Shown: one piece after another, positions 22,912 to 34,016 of the stretch
How the letters are laid out: each line of letters begins with the position of its first letter
Numbering within the stretch: the first letter of the stretch is position 1
Assembly (NCBI GenBank): GCA_000934665.2
Contig: KZ538976.1
Coordinates: forward strand, 1 to 37,811
DNA from: Catajapyx aquilonaris
Taxonomy: Eukaryota
Reading direction: 5' to 3'
Length of the DNA stretch: 37,811 nucleotides
Position numbers and translations under genes: made by a program
Notes under the pieces: model-generated
Told to the model about the DNA's origin: nothing
The model's input: only the letters and a program-made list of their open reading frames with translations
Database searches by the model: none

Positions 22912-25900
22912 TTATTGTACAAAGTAAAGTGCAGATATGATACCTCTGGTAGTACTAGTAAAGTCTGAATCAGTATGATTGAAAAACTCCACATTAACAT
23001 TCCTGCAACTAATGTTTTCAAGGCAATTTGAACAATATTGCATTCCGTCTGATTCGGAACAACATTCGGTGGTGAAATGTGGAATAAAAATTGACATCGT
23101 GTACATTTTGCCTCGTTCCATGAGAATCGGGTTACCAAACATTACTTCATACGGACTACTTAAGGAACTGTGGAAATTTGACAGTTCTTTTGAGTCGTCA
23201 GTCAACACTTTTACCTGCATATCGACCAGTGTTTTGCTGACTTTTGGGTAATGTTGACGATTATAATAATATGTATTCCTGTCCCCCTCTACATACCTCT
23301 CCACAATTTTAATGCCAGTTAAATAACACTTTTTGGGACATGTGGCCTGGAACTTCAGAACGTGATTTTCTGCCTGAGCAGAATGTCGATATGATATATC
23401 AAATTGATCCGATCTCCTGCACATAAATCCTCTGTCTGTGACTCTTTTGTTGCTCTTCTGTTCCGAAGGAGGCAAATTTTGTAGAAAATAGTACATGTAT
23501 GTGCTCAATTGCTTGTAACTGAGGATTCGATCAGGGACAACGTGGGTAACAAATTCATGCGGCGTCATGGATTCAAAATTGATGAGTGGCAAGACAGGAT
23601 CTAGTTGTCGTCGAAGACTTTCTGGAGTTGATGTCCGATTGGTTCTCCACAATATTGATGTCTTAGCCCTAATTTATGTGAAAGAGGAAACATTTTAGCA
23701 TGGGGTTTAACAACTGGCATGCACTGATCTTACCATTGCATTGTAGATTGGTAAATTTCTAATTCGGTGGCTGCCAAAAATGGACTGCTCAATATCTTTT
23801 CAATAACATTATTCGGTAGCATGAAAAAATTCATTCCATTAAGGACTTCTTTTGCATTCACGTCAACAAACTGGAAATATACATACACGCAACATTAATT
23901 CGGATATATTTGAATATCATACTAATATTACTATGTCGCAGGTAATTAGATTTGGTGTGTGTTAACACATTCAGTGTTACTGCTGAAAGCAAATTATTGC
24001 CCAGAAAATACTGGATACAGTCAGATGACTGATTGCTAGTGACAATCACATCATGCGTCCACGTTTAAATGATAAGTTAATAATTTTTCTCGAGTGAAAG
24101 GACCATACCCTCAAGCAGAGTTCTTCCAATTTCGATTCGTTGTAAAATGTAGCTTTTTGTAGTGACTCTAAAACGTTGCTAGTGGATATTCCCGTATTGA
24201 GGTACTGAAATGGAAAAAAATATGAGACTGTATTTTTATAAGTACTCTCATTATTCCATACCTCTACCAGTTTTGAGGTAATTAGTTGCCTGTAGTTGAC
24301 AACGACAATGATGATGGTGGTGACTTTACACGGTGGGTTGCCTTCTTACAGCTAATTACTTTTAAATACCCTATTTTATTTATAGCCTCCGTAATATTGA
24401 ATTTAGAAATTGGTACGATATGGAAATACCTTAAGAAAACCCACCCAAGTAAGAAAATAATCCATAATACTCTGTCCCAATGAATAAAGTCCGCCCCTCT
24501 ACAGTGCTGGCCATATATCGAGGCAACCGCCAGCGATATTTTTCCGAAGCGGCAGAAGAAGGAATCAAAGATAAGCATGCTACAAGCCGGGCGAGCAAGA
24601 TTCCTTCTTCTGCCGCTTCGGAAAAATGTCGCTGGCGGTTGCCTCGATATATGGCCAGCACTGTACAATTGGAGATTGGTCTCGATACCTTAGAAGTGAT
24701 ATGATTGTGGCCATGTTTTGCAATATGTATAATAAAAAGCAATAAGATTCGGATAACTGGTATAAATCTCAGTTTATTGTAAGAGCCATGAGGCATGACT
24801 AATTTTTAGATGTGACATTTTGATACAGTTGTTAAGCTAGGTGCAATAATTATTATAAATCTGGCATGTTTGGACTATTGAAATCAAGAGTGAACTAATT
24901 CATTCCCTCTTGTATAAATTCGTCGATGCTTGGAATTACCTCGCTAGTCTTTTCTAGCAGATGTCCCATTTGGAACTTGTTCGCCAAATACCACAAGTCC
25001 CAGGCATCCGGCATAGAACTCATTTCTGTGTCATCCTTGTAAACATAGCTAAGCAGCTTCTCAAAAATATTTGCATCCACATCTGATATGTCCAGGGTGC
25101 CATTCACGTCCCTTCTTGATTCTCCGTAGAGGTCCTTTGCGAATACAGGACTGCTCATTGCCAGAAGCAAGCGGTGGGCCTGTGAAGTTCAGTTATAATA
25201 AATTATTTGAGAATTTTGGTATAACGTAGTCTATCTACGTATTTTAACAATCTCACTGCTTGAGCAGCTTTCAGTGTCTGTATGTACAAAGGTAAAACCA
25301 AAATACAGTAGTGTATAACGTTAGCGAGCACCCTTCGTTTAAGAAGAACCACGAAATGTAATTATGTACCTGTTGAGGCATTTTTGTTGTGTAACAAAAA
25401 CAACAATGACATTGATCATATGGTGGGAATAAAAAACTGAGTCTATTGTTCTCAAATATAGCTTGGCTATTATTTAGGCCTCTCATGCAAACCATACAAC
25501 GTAAGAAATTCGTGCTAAATGTAAGTGTTTGTATCGATACTTACGGGGAATATTTTCTTGTCCTCTCCAACGCATAGTTTGATATCGGAAAAAATCTCGG
25601 ACTCAAAAAGGTGACTTGCTCTATTTCTCAGGGAAGTGGTGGCTGTTTGCCATTGGTGCGATTCTTCCTTCTCCGGCTGTCTTCCATCATCCACAGTGGG
25701 TGACGCCGTTTCAGTTGATGAAGATATTATGCCTAAGTCCTTCTCTCCTTGGGATTGGTTGAGTCTATAAAATGCCAACATATTATACTGGTTTCTATAT
25801 TATTTTACAATTGAAACAGAAAGCGACGGAAAGTTTACTGCAGCGAAGGCTCACTTGTTAAAATGTAGAAAAAATCACACTACCAATTTCAGTCCCTCGA

Positions 25901-26127
25901 TTTACATTGGAATGTTAAATTATTATAAAATTGCAGAAGCCTTCTGTGCCATTCGCAATTTGCTGTACAATAGTTTCATCTCAGGTATAACTTTGAAATT
26001 TAAAATGTGTAAATTGCATTACTTACTCCAAATCATGTTCTCCCGGATATTCATCTTGAGACTACTGGCCGTGGGCTATCCCCGTGATAAAAAGAACAGC
26101 CAGTAGCGTAGCAAAAAGTGTCCCCAT
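22912..26127 (-). pseudogene. BTB-BACK-PHR gene copy B1 with signal-peptide exon carrying an in-frame TAG at codon 22 (pseudogene, null allele or sequencing error)
   Basis: Exons 26127-26027, 25764-25545, 25179-24940, 24204-24109, 23870-23734, 23668-22912 (1551 nt, in frame). WQ...SLRNRASHLFESEIFSDIKLCVG / AHRLLLAMSSPVFAKDLYG (BTB); BACK; PHR C-terminus (VMFGNPILMERGKMYTM...TSTTRGIISALYF). TAG at 26064-26062 where B2 has TTG. Confidence 0.75.
24502..24663. mobile_element. Tc1/mariner-type MITE (162 bp) in an intron of B1
   Basis: 65-bp TIRs (CAGTGCTGGCCATATATCGAGGC...) with one mismatch, TA on both sides; absent from the homologous intron of B2 (about 31155). Confidence 0.92.
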
Positions 26128-26935
26128 CTTCTTAGGTGACAGTGAGCAGCAAATTAAGATTATCGCAGGCTGAGTGACTTATTTATACAAGTCCTATATC
26201 GCTCTACTGCCCCATGTGCACCATCTGTTCCCAAGTTGACGCCGGAACTTCTAATCAATCAGCACAATCGTGAAAAATCACATGCACATTTGACGCCTCA
26301 GTGACCCAAACACTTGGCCCACATTTTGATGCATCATCTTGCTGATATGTTTCGAAGGTTCAGGATGGTTCACTGCCAAAGTTCCCCCAGGACCAGGAAA
26401 ACCAAGTCAAAAACTGATATTTGTTTTTGCAAGACAAACAGTTCTGGACTTATCATGCAAATACTCTAATCATTAAAAATGATTGCTTCCACCGAGATTG
26501 CAAACTAGTTGCTTGAGAAACAATCCTTAACCTCATTTCTAGAGCTGATAACTGCACTGCACCATATTGCATGTATAAATCATAAATTCATCATCATCAT
26601 CATCATGATGGAAAAGATACTTTTTCAAGCAAAACCAGCTAGATCCAATGATTCCAATCCGACCTCAAAATTTTTGGCTTATCTATCAATCCACGATTTT
26701 CAAAACTTGCATAAAATGCATAAAAACGCCATTATTTTCATGACTTCCCCCCTATCAGCTACTTTCAGTTTGCAACCGTCTCTCGATGACAGGTATTTCA
26801 CCTCTCCTGTAAAATTGCTTATAATGGACAGAGCTGACTTTTCTTTTGAGCTCTTCGTTTATGTTTAAAACATAGCTTAGGTAAGATGTGATAATTCCAA
26901 CACCAAATGGAAACTTTTGTAGTTTCTTAAGTATA

Positions 26936-27245
26936 TAGTAAGGGAGATCGGGGTCTGTTGTAGCACTTTTTAGTCTGGATTTTTTAATTCAGTTACATAT
27001 GCATTAGGCAAAGGTTTACGACATGGTGGAAATAAGGCAACATTCCTCTATGTAAAATTAAAATGTAAAATATAAAAGAACCAAAAACCAAAAAGGATAA
27101 GCCTGTTTTGCCTGGCTTACAGGCCATAGTGAGACACGTGCTATATGAGTTTCAGCTTCAGAGCCTTCCAAACGTATAATTATTATTGGCATGTTACAAC
27201 CGTACCGTGTACATAGTGTACAACCGACCCCGGTCTCCCTTACTG
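26936..27245. mobile_element. pogo/Tc1-like MITE (about 310 bp)
   Basis: tagtaagggagatcggggtctgttgta ... tacaaccgaccccggtctcccttactg: about 27-bp imperfect TIRs. TA on the left, CA on the right. Confidence 0.7.
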
Positions 27246-28093
27246 CACAAAATGAAATCTAATTAAATGACATTACTAGGGAGAAGCTCCTCTCTTTTCA
27301 ATTTGTTATTTATTTATGAGTGTTGAAAAATTAGCAGAAAATTTTACAAAATATTCCCAACGAGTGTCGGAATTGCCCTGCATGTAGGCATAGGGAGTCA
27401 CTAGTACTCGTAAGTGTTTAATTGACTCCAGGTGGGGTGCATGTAACACCTGAACTATAATTATGACTGTGTTCATAAATTTTTAAAAATAAGTAATATT
27501 ACGGTATGGCACTTCGTTGTAAATATAGTGAAGTCCACTCATATTATTTTGTACGTGAATTTATTAATAATATTAAGTACCGGTACATATTTTCTGGGCC
27601 AACATTATCAGTCAAAATAGTCTTCAGTATATATATATCAGAAATCTCCTAAAATAAGAACAACAACATCAAGTTCAAAATAGTAATGAATTTTATTTGA
27701 GTCTGAAAACTGAAATGCATGTAGGGTAACATGAGGAATTCCAACATGAGGCGATACCAGCAACTCGAAAATTTATGGTTTTATTATTTTCTCTTCTATA
27801 TTTTTCAGTCCATATTCACTATTTTATCGACTTCGTGATAAGAGCATATTGGCTGTGCCGATGTATACAGATGAAGAATTTATTGCAAGTCATTTGATAA
27901 AATTGACCCAAGTTTATTTTTAGCATCGTACAGTACTTTCAGTTTTGTGCAAGTAGGCCTAGGTGCTGGTGGCACTACCTGATTTTCCTCACCACAAATC
28001 TTCCTGCGCAAAGAACAGCTTGTGCCGACAATTAAAAGATGTGTGTCACCTCCGTGCCACTGATTCTCCTTGTCGGTATACTGTCAGTGAATC

Positions 28094-28103
28094 NNNNNNN
28101 NNN
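28094..28103. other. Assembly gap (10 N)
   Basis: Run of N inside intron 1 of the A3 relic. Confidence 1.
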
Positions 28104-28174
28104 ATATGTTAGCAGCTGCAATCTGAATAGTCACATATTGACAAAAGTCCACGGACACGACCCCTATAGTCTTA

Positions 28175-28492
28175 TCTTATCGCCTGCCGGGGCGTTTTGC
28201 ATGAGGTGCTCACCTGAGACCGCCATGAGACCTTTCACGGAGCAATTACTCGTATGTGGCGACCCTACCGGACTGCGCTGAACTTAATAGGTACAAAAGG
28301 GAAGCGCTGCATGCGGGCCCAACATGGCCGCCGGCGACCATGTTCAGTCCCCCAATGTAGCGCTTCCCTTTTGTACCTATAAAGTTCAGCGCAGTCCGGT
28401 AGGGTCGCCACATACGAGTAATTGCTCCGTGAAAGGTCTCATGGCGCTCTCAGGTGAGCACCTCATGCAAAACGCCCCGGCAGACGATAAGA
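28175..28492. repeat. Near-perfect fold-back palindrome (138-bp arms plus inner 12-bp hairpin), probably a non-autonomous element
   Basis: Arms 28175-28312 and 28355-28492 are reverse complements with few mismatches; centre aacatggccgcc/ggcgaccatgtt at 28321-28344. Lies within an insertion (28143-28526) bracketed by ATTGAC direct repeats. Confidence 0.9.
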
Positions 28493-29334
28493 GGGAGTGA
28501 CTTGACCTGAGTATTCTAAGACCATGATTGACTATCATGGAGTGACACGGCCTTGACTTTGCTCTGCAAAAAAATAAACCAAATTTGTTAATAATAAGTC
28601 AGAAAGTTATGTCCAAGTTATGTCAATACAATACTGTCCTGTACTGTAATATACGTACATGGCACTGTACAGTTTTATTTACGATTCCGACTTATACACG
28701 TTTAGACATCAACCAACACCACTGCAGTCCGGCACTTTCATAAAACGGTATAATTTTTAAATACGTGTATAATGTTTTATTTCACATTTAATATTTTCAA
28801 ACCGTGGATAGCTAAAAACGAAGATTATGAACCCGCGGATAACTGAGACTCGCTGTCTTCATAATCATATCTATAGTATATTACGTACATGAGCTTTGAT
28901 GATGAATTTCTGGATATCGCACTACCGCTACAATCATCTATGCAGTCTTACATTATTGGAGAGAAACTCAGAAATAAATCTTGGACAGCCGGGGATAAAC
29001 AATTCTCTCGGCCCGATAGGCTTCAAAGATTGCATTCTGGTCCTTGTCCAAATAGCCCAGAGACCCCTGAATTAGGCGATGGAAGTGTCGCAGGCTGTAT
29101 CCACTATATTGAAACTTGTATAAGGCGCTCTTTGTTTAAGGATAATTATCTTTATTTTAGGTTCTTATGCATAAAATTATAGCCTGAAATACCTAACATG
29201 CTATCCCCCTATTATTTTTCCTCGCCCTGCATATAGAAACGATTTATCAACTGCTGCCGTTTTTATTTCCTTCGTGGATAAGATACACTCTGCAGATAAC
29301 ATTTTGTGCATCCTGAGTTTATAACAGTATGGTA

Positions 29335-32300
29335 TTATTGTACAAAGTAAAGTTTAGATATAATACCTCTGGTAGTGCTGGTAAAGTCTGAATCAGTATG
29401 ATTGAAAAACTCCACATGAACATTATTCCTGCAACTAATGCTTTCAGGGCAATTTGAACAATATTGCATTCCTTGTGATTCACAACATTCGGTGGTGAAA
29501 TGTGGAATAAAAATTGACATCGTGTACATTTTGCCTCGTTCCATGAGAATCGGGTTATCAAACATTACATCATACGGACTACTTAAGGACCCGTGGAAAT
29601 TAAACAGTTCTTTTGCTTCATCAGTCAACACTCTCACCTGCACACCGTGTAATGATCTGTCTCGGATGCTGACTGATGGTATTTCTCGAGGTATTTCTTC
29701 ATAATCGTTATATTCATAACTGGAGCTATCTCTCTCTCCCTCTACATACCTTTCCACAATTTGAATGCCAGTTAAATAACACTTTTTGGAACATGTGGCC
29801 TGGAACTTCAGAAAGTGATTTTCAGCAGGAGCATTCCGGCGATATGATATATCCCATCGATTTGATCGCCTGCACGTTGATATTCTCTTATTTTTGACTC
29901 TCGCATTGCTCTTCTGTTCCGAAGGAGGCAAATTTTGTAGGAAATAGTACATGTGTGTACTCAGTTGCTTGTAACTGAGGATTCGATCAGGGACAACATG
30001 GGTAACAAATTCATGCGCCGTCATGGCTTCAAAGTTGATGAGTGGCAAGACAGGCTCTAGTTGTCGTCGAAGACTTTCTGGAGTTACAGTCACAACTGTT
30101 ACAGCCCTATTGGTCCACCCCCACAATTTTGGTGACTCATCCCTGTGAAATAAAGATAAATCATTTTAGCATGGGGTTTTACAACATTGGCATATACACT
30201 GATCTCACTCTCGTATTGTAGATTGGTAAATATCTAATTCGGCGGTCCTATTGGTCCGCCACAATATTGATGACTTGGCCCTGTGAAAGAGGAATCATTT
30301 TAGCATGGGCTTTTACAACATTGGCATACACTGATCTCACCAATGCATTGTAGAGTGGTAAATATCTAATTCAGTGGCTGCCAAAAATGGACTGCTCAAT
30401 ATTTTTGAAATAACATCATTCGGTAGCATGAAAAAATCCTTTCCATTTAGGACCCTCTTTGCATTCACGTCAATAAACTGTAAATATACATACATGCAAT
30501 ATTATTTCAGATATATTTGAGAATCACACTGATAATACTCTGTTGCGGGCATTTCATAGATTTAGTGTGAGTAAACACATTCAATGTTAATTACTGCTGA
30601 AGCAAATTATTGCCCAGAAGAAATTCTTGCTACTTTACAGTCAGATGACTGATTGATAGTGCCGATCACATCATGCTTCCACATTTAAATGATAAGTTAA
30701 TAATTTTTTTCACGAGTGAGAGGACCATACCCTCAAACAGAGTTCTTCCAATTTCGATTCGTTGTAAAATGTAGCTTTTTGTAACGACTGTAAAACGTTA
30801 CTAGTTGAGATTCCCGTGTTGATGTACTGAAATTGAGAGAAACATCAGACTATATTTTTTGAGCAGGCCTACTGTATAAAGGAGTACTCTCATGATTCCA
30901 TATCTACAGTATATACCAGTTTCAGGTCGATTAATTTGTTAATAACAATAACAACGACAGTGATAATGAAGATGAAGTAATAATACTTCACAAGACGGAT
31001 TTTCTCTCTTATAACTATTCACATTTAAATGCCTTACTCTACTTACAACTTCCATAACGATGAATTTAGATAGTGGGAGGAATAAACTCGAGAAAACCTA
31101 CCCAAGCAAGGATATAATGCACAAAAACTGCCCCGAAATAAAATTCCAGCCCGTCTATATCCTGTAATACGATCTCGAAACCTCAGAGGTGAGTGCATGG
31201 CCATTTATTGCAATTAACTAGCAGGTTACCCGGCGTTGCCCGGGTATGTTGGGATGCTGTTAAAGGTACGGGTACATATATATTAGGAAGTTTGTTTGTT
31301 TGTAAAATTTGCGTTCCATACACTGGAACTCGATACACCTTAAAATAAGGCCAAGTTACAATAAGGCAAAGTTTGTCACTATCTGGGATAGATTGCCTGC
31401 TTTGGTTATAGCGTAGTCAATGTAGACATTCTGATTGGATGTGTAAAAAGAGGAATAGGGATGGAGTTGTCCCAGGAAAAGACTTCACAGCCATGTTTTT
31501 TTCCCCAGAATATTTGACCCTCAACCCCACCTCACACCCCCACCTCTTTCCAACTGTTTGCCCTGAAGAACTTGAGAAATGTATATACCGATGCCTGGTG
31601 GGAAATTTTGTTTTCAACACTGCGTAATTTTTGAACAAATCATTTTTCTTGTATTTATTTGTGTCGAGAAGAGTCTAATTTCAAATCTACAAAATCCCAG
31701 AATGACCATACCATATGAACTCACGTGAGGTGGCCAATTAGCGTAATTGGCGGATGAGTTGAATAATTTACGGCGATGGGACTTGTAAAAAAAGAGCCGC
31801 AAGATATACTTGGATAGATGCAATGCAAATGCATTACTTTGATAGGTATTGTGCATAAGGGCATTTCCATGGGATTGCGAACTTGGGAAAAGATAAATTG
31901 TCGTTGTTGCTATAGGAGTTGATGTAATTATGTTAATTGTTGAGGCGCGAGTAGGGAGAAGATTCGGGAATATGCGTGTTGTGGGAGTTATAAGGTTCAT
32001 TTTCGGAAGCTGAAACATGCGGCGTTTAGATTCCTTGGAAAATGTAACCCCCGATATGCTAATTTAAGGCGGTGTAAGGGCCTTCCCCTGGATTTCTATA
32101 AGGGACAAACATCCAAACTAACAAACTTCCTTATTTATAGATATAGAGATAACATGAGTAACAAGATTAAGACAACTGGTTGAAAGATTGGTGCATTGTA
32201 GTAGCACAGGCAACTACGTCCATGAGAAATAACGGGTACGGTATTGATATTTCGCATTTTGATACAACTGTTAGGTCAGGTGCAATAATTATAAATCTAG

Positions 32301-33550
32301 CAGATTTGAACTATTGAAATTAAGAGTGAATCAATTAGTTCCGCCTTGTTTGAATTCATTTACTTTCGGAATTACCTCACTCGTCTTTTCTAGCAGATCC
32401 CCCATTTGGAATCTGTTGGCCAAATACCACAAGTCCCAGGCATCCGGCATAGAACTCATTTCTGTGTCATCCTTGTAAACGTAGCTAAGCAGCTTCTCAA
32501 AAATATTTGCATCTACATCTGATATTTCCAGGGTGCCATTCACGTCCCTTCGTGATTCTCCGTAGAGGTCCTTTGCGAATACAGGGCTGCTCATTGCCAG
32601 AAGCAAGCGGTGGGCCTACAAAGTTGGTATGTATTAATATATTCAGTATAATCTCACTGCATCGTGAAAAGCTTTTATAGTACACCTACACACTGTATAA
32701 TAGACTATATGCACCAAAAAGTAACAAAAAATCTAATAGGTCTACTAATGAGCAACATTCGTTTAAGAAGAACCATTAAAATAATGTAATATTCTTTACT
32801 TATGCACTTGAGGCCTGCTTTTTGCGTAGCTAAATACAACCGTAACATTCATCATATTTAGGAAATTAAAAACTGCGCCTTATATTGTTGCCCCGTTGAA
32901 AAATATATATCTTGACTATTATATTTAGGCGTCACTTGCAGACCTACAGCGTAAGAAATTTTAGTGTTTGTACTTACAGGGAATGTTTTTCTGTCCTCTG
33001 CAATGCACAGTTTTATATCGGAAAATATCTCAGACTCATAAAGGTGACTTGCTCTATTTCTCAGGGAAGTGGTGGCTGTTTGCCATGGGTGCTCTTCTTT
33101 CTCCGTTTGTCTTCCATCTACTGCCGTTGTCGCTGTGTCAGCTGATGAAAATAAGCCCAAGTCCCTCTCTCCTTGAGCTTGGTTGAGTCTTTTAAAATGA
33201 CAACAAATTAGTCGACACTGATTTATTACTATTTTAAAATTGAGATAGTAAGCAAGGAAAAATCTGCTGCAGCAACGGTTCACGTTTATTAAATGTTAAA
33301 ATCACCGCGCTATTTTCAGATCCACTACTTACCTGAAAGTCTTAATTAGTAATATTGCAGAAGCCTTCGGTGTCTTACGCAATATGCAGTAGTTTTAAGT
33401 TAGGAATAACTTTAACATTTATCATTATTGTGTGAATTACAATACTTACTCCAAATCATGTTCTCCTGGATATTCATCTTGAAACAACTGGCCGTGGGCT
33501 ATCCCCGTGATATAAAGAGCAGCCAGCAGGATAGAAAAAAATGTCCCCAT
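29335..33550 (-). CDS. BTB-BACK-PHR (BTBD1/2/3/6-like) protein copy B2 with N-terminal signal peptide, 554 aa, 7 exons
   Basis: Exons 33550-33450, 33188-32978, 32615-32376, 30826-30731, 30477-30341, 30280-30209, 30142-29335 (1665 nt, open). Starts MGTFFSILLAALYITGIAHG|QLFQDEYPGEHDLELNQAQG...; BTB, BACK and PHR motifs as in B1. Confidence 0.85.
31218..32149 (-). mobile_element. Non-autonomous Helitron in intron 3 of B2
   Basis: Minus strand begins TC (tctctatatctataaataaggaagtttgttagtttgg) and ends with a GC hairpin (tacccgggcaacgccgggta, 31246-31227) followed by CTAG. Inserted between A and T, no TSD; absent from the B1 intron. Confidence 0.85.
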
Positions 33551-33976
33551 CCTAAGGTGACTAGTCAACGAATTGAGATTATTCTGATTCCAGGCTGTGT
33601 GACTTATTTCTACACGTCCTATATCGCTCTACTGCCCCATGTGCACCATCTGTTCCCAGTTCGGTAAAGTTGACATAACTTCTAATCAATCAGCACAATC
33701 GTGAAACATCATGTGCATATATTGGGCCCCTCCGTGACCCAAAGACTTGACCCACATTTTGATGCATCATCTTACTGATATAATATGCTGATGGTTCGGC
33801 ATGGTTCACAGCCAAAGTTCCCGCAGGACCAGGAAAACTAAGTCAAAAACTGATATTTGTTTTTGCAAGACAAACAGTTCTTATCATGCAAAAACAAAAA
33901 TCAGAAAAATGAATATTATTGCAGCCGTCAGGGTTATAAACTATTAATAGTGCTGAAGAGTGTAGGCCTATATACA

Positions 33977-34016
33977 TTGCTGCTGCTGTTGTTGTTTGCT
34001 GTTGCTGTTGCTGTTG
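33977..34016. repeat. Imperfect (TGC/TGT)n microsatellite
   Basis: tgctgctgctgttgttgtttgctgttgctgttgctgttg. Confidence 0.75.

Larger units (their letters stand above)
27980..28565 (+). pseudogene. Truncated third copy (A3) of the small secreted gene: 5' leader, exon 1 and part of intron 1 only
   Basis: ATG at 28039 gives MCVTSVPLILLV|gt. Leader gattttcctcaccacaaatcttcctg and intron remnants (agcagctgcaatctgaat; gtgacacggccttgactttgctc) match A1/A2. No exons 2-4 seen downstream. Interrupted by an N gap and a palindromic insertion. Confidence 0.7.
22720..33900 (-). repeat. Segmental duplication (about 22720-26480 vs about 28765-33900) carrying B1 and B2 with 5' and 3' flanks
   Basis: Colinear identity in introns and about 350 bp upstream (e.g. 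gtcctatatcgctctactgccccatgtgcaccatctgttccc; aagtcaaaaactgatatttgtttt) with copy-specific insertions. Confidence 0.9.

Noticed and set aside
23960..24060. Conserved intron 4 segment resembling a C/D snoRNA (ATGATGT...CTGA)
   Set aside because: Box C is imperfect and the terminal CTGA is TTGA in B2; recent duplication explains the conservation.
24282..24796. Overlapping ORFs sharing a repeated peptide on both strands
   Set aside because: Artefact of the MITE's inverted repeats, not coding.
28800..29190. About 390-bp B2-specific 3' insert with a 97-aa ORF (28889-29182)
   Set aside because: No recognisable domain; the left end looks like a truncated Tigger-type MITE end, with insufficient evidence for a gene or element.
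22720..33900. B1 and B2 could be two haplotypes mis-assembled in tandem (N gap between them)
   Set aside because: They differ by many substitutions, codon indels, an extra exon and different TE insertions, which fits paralogs better. Read depth would be needed to exclude it fully.
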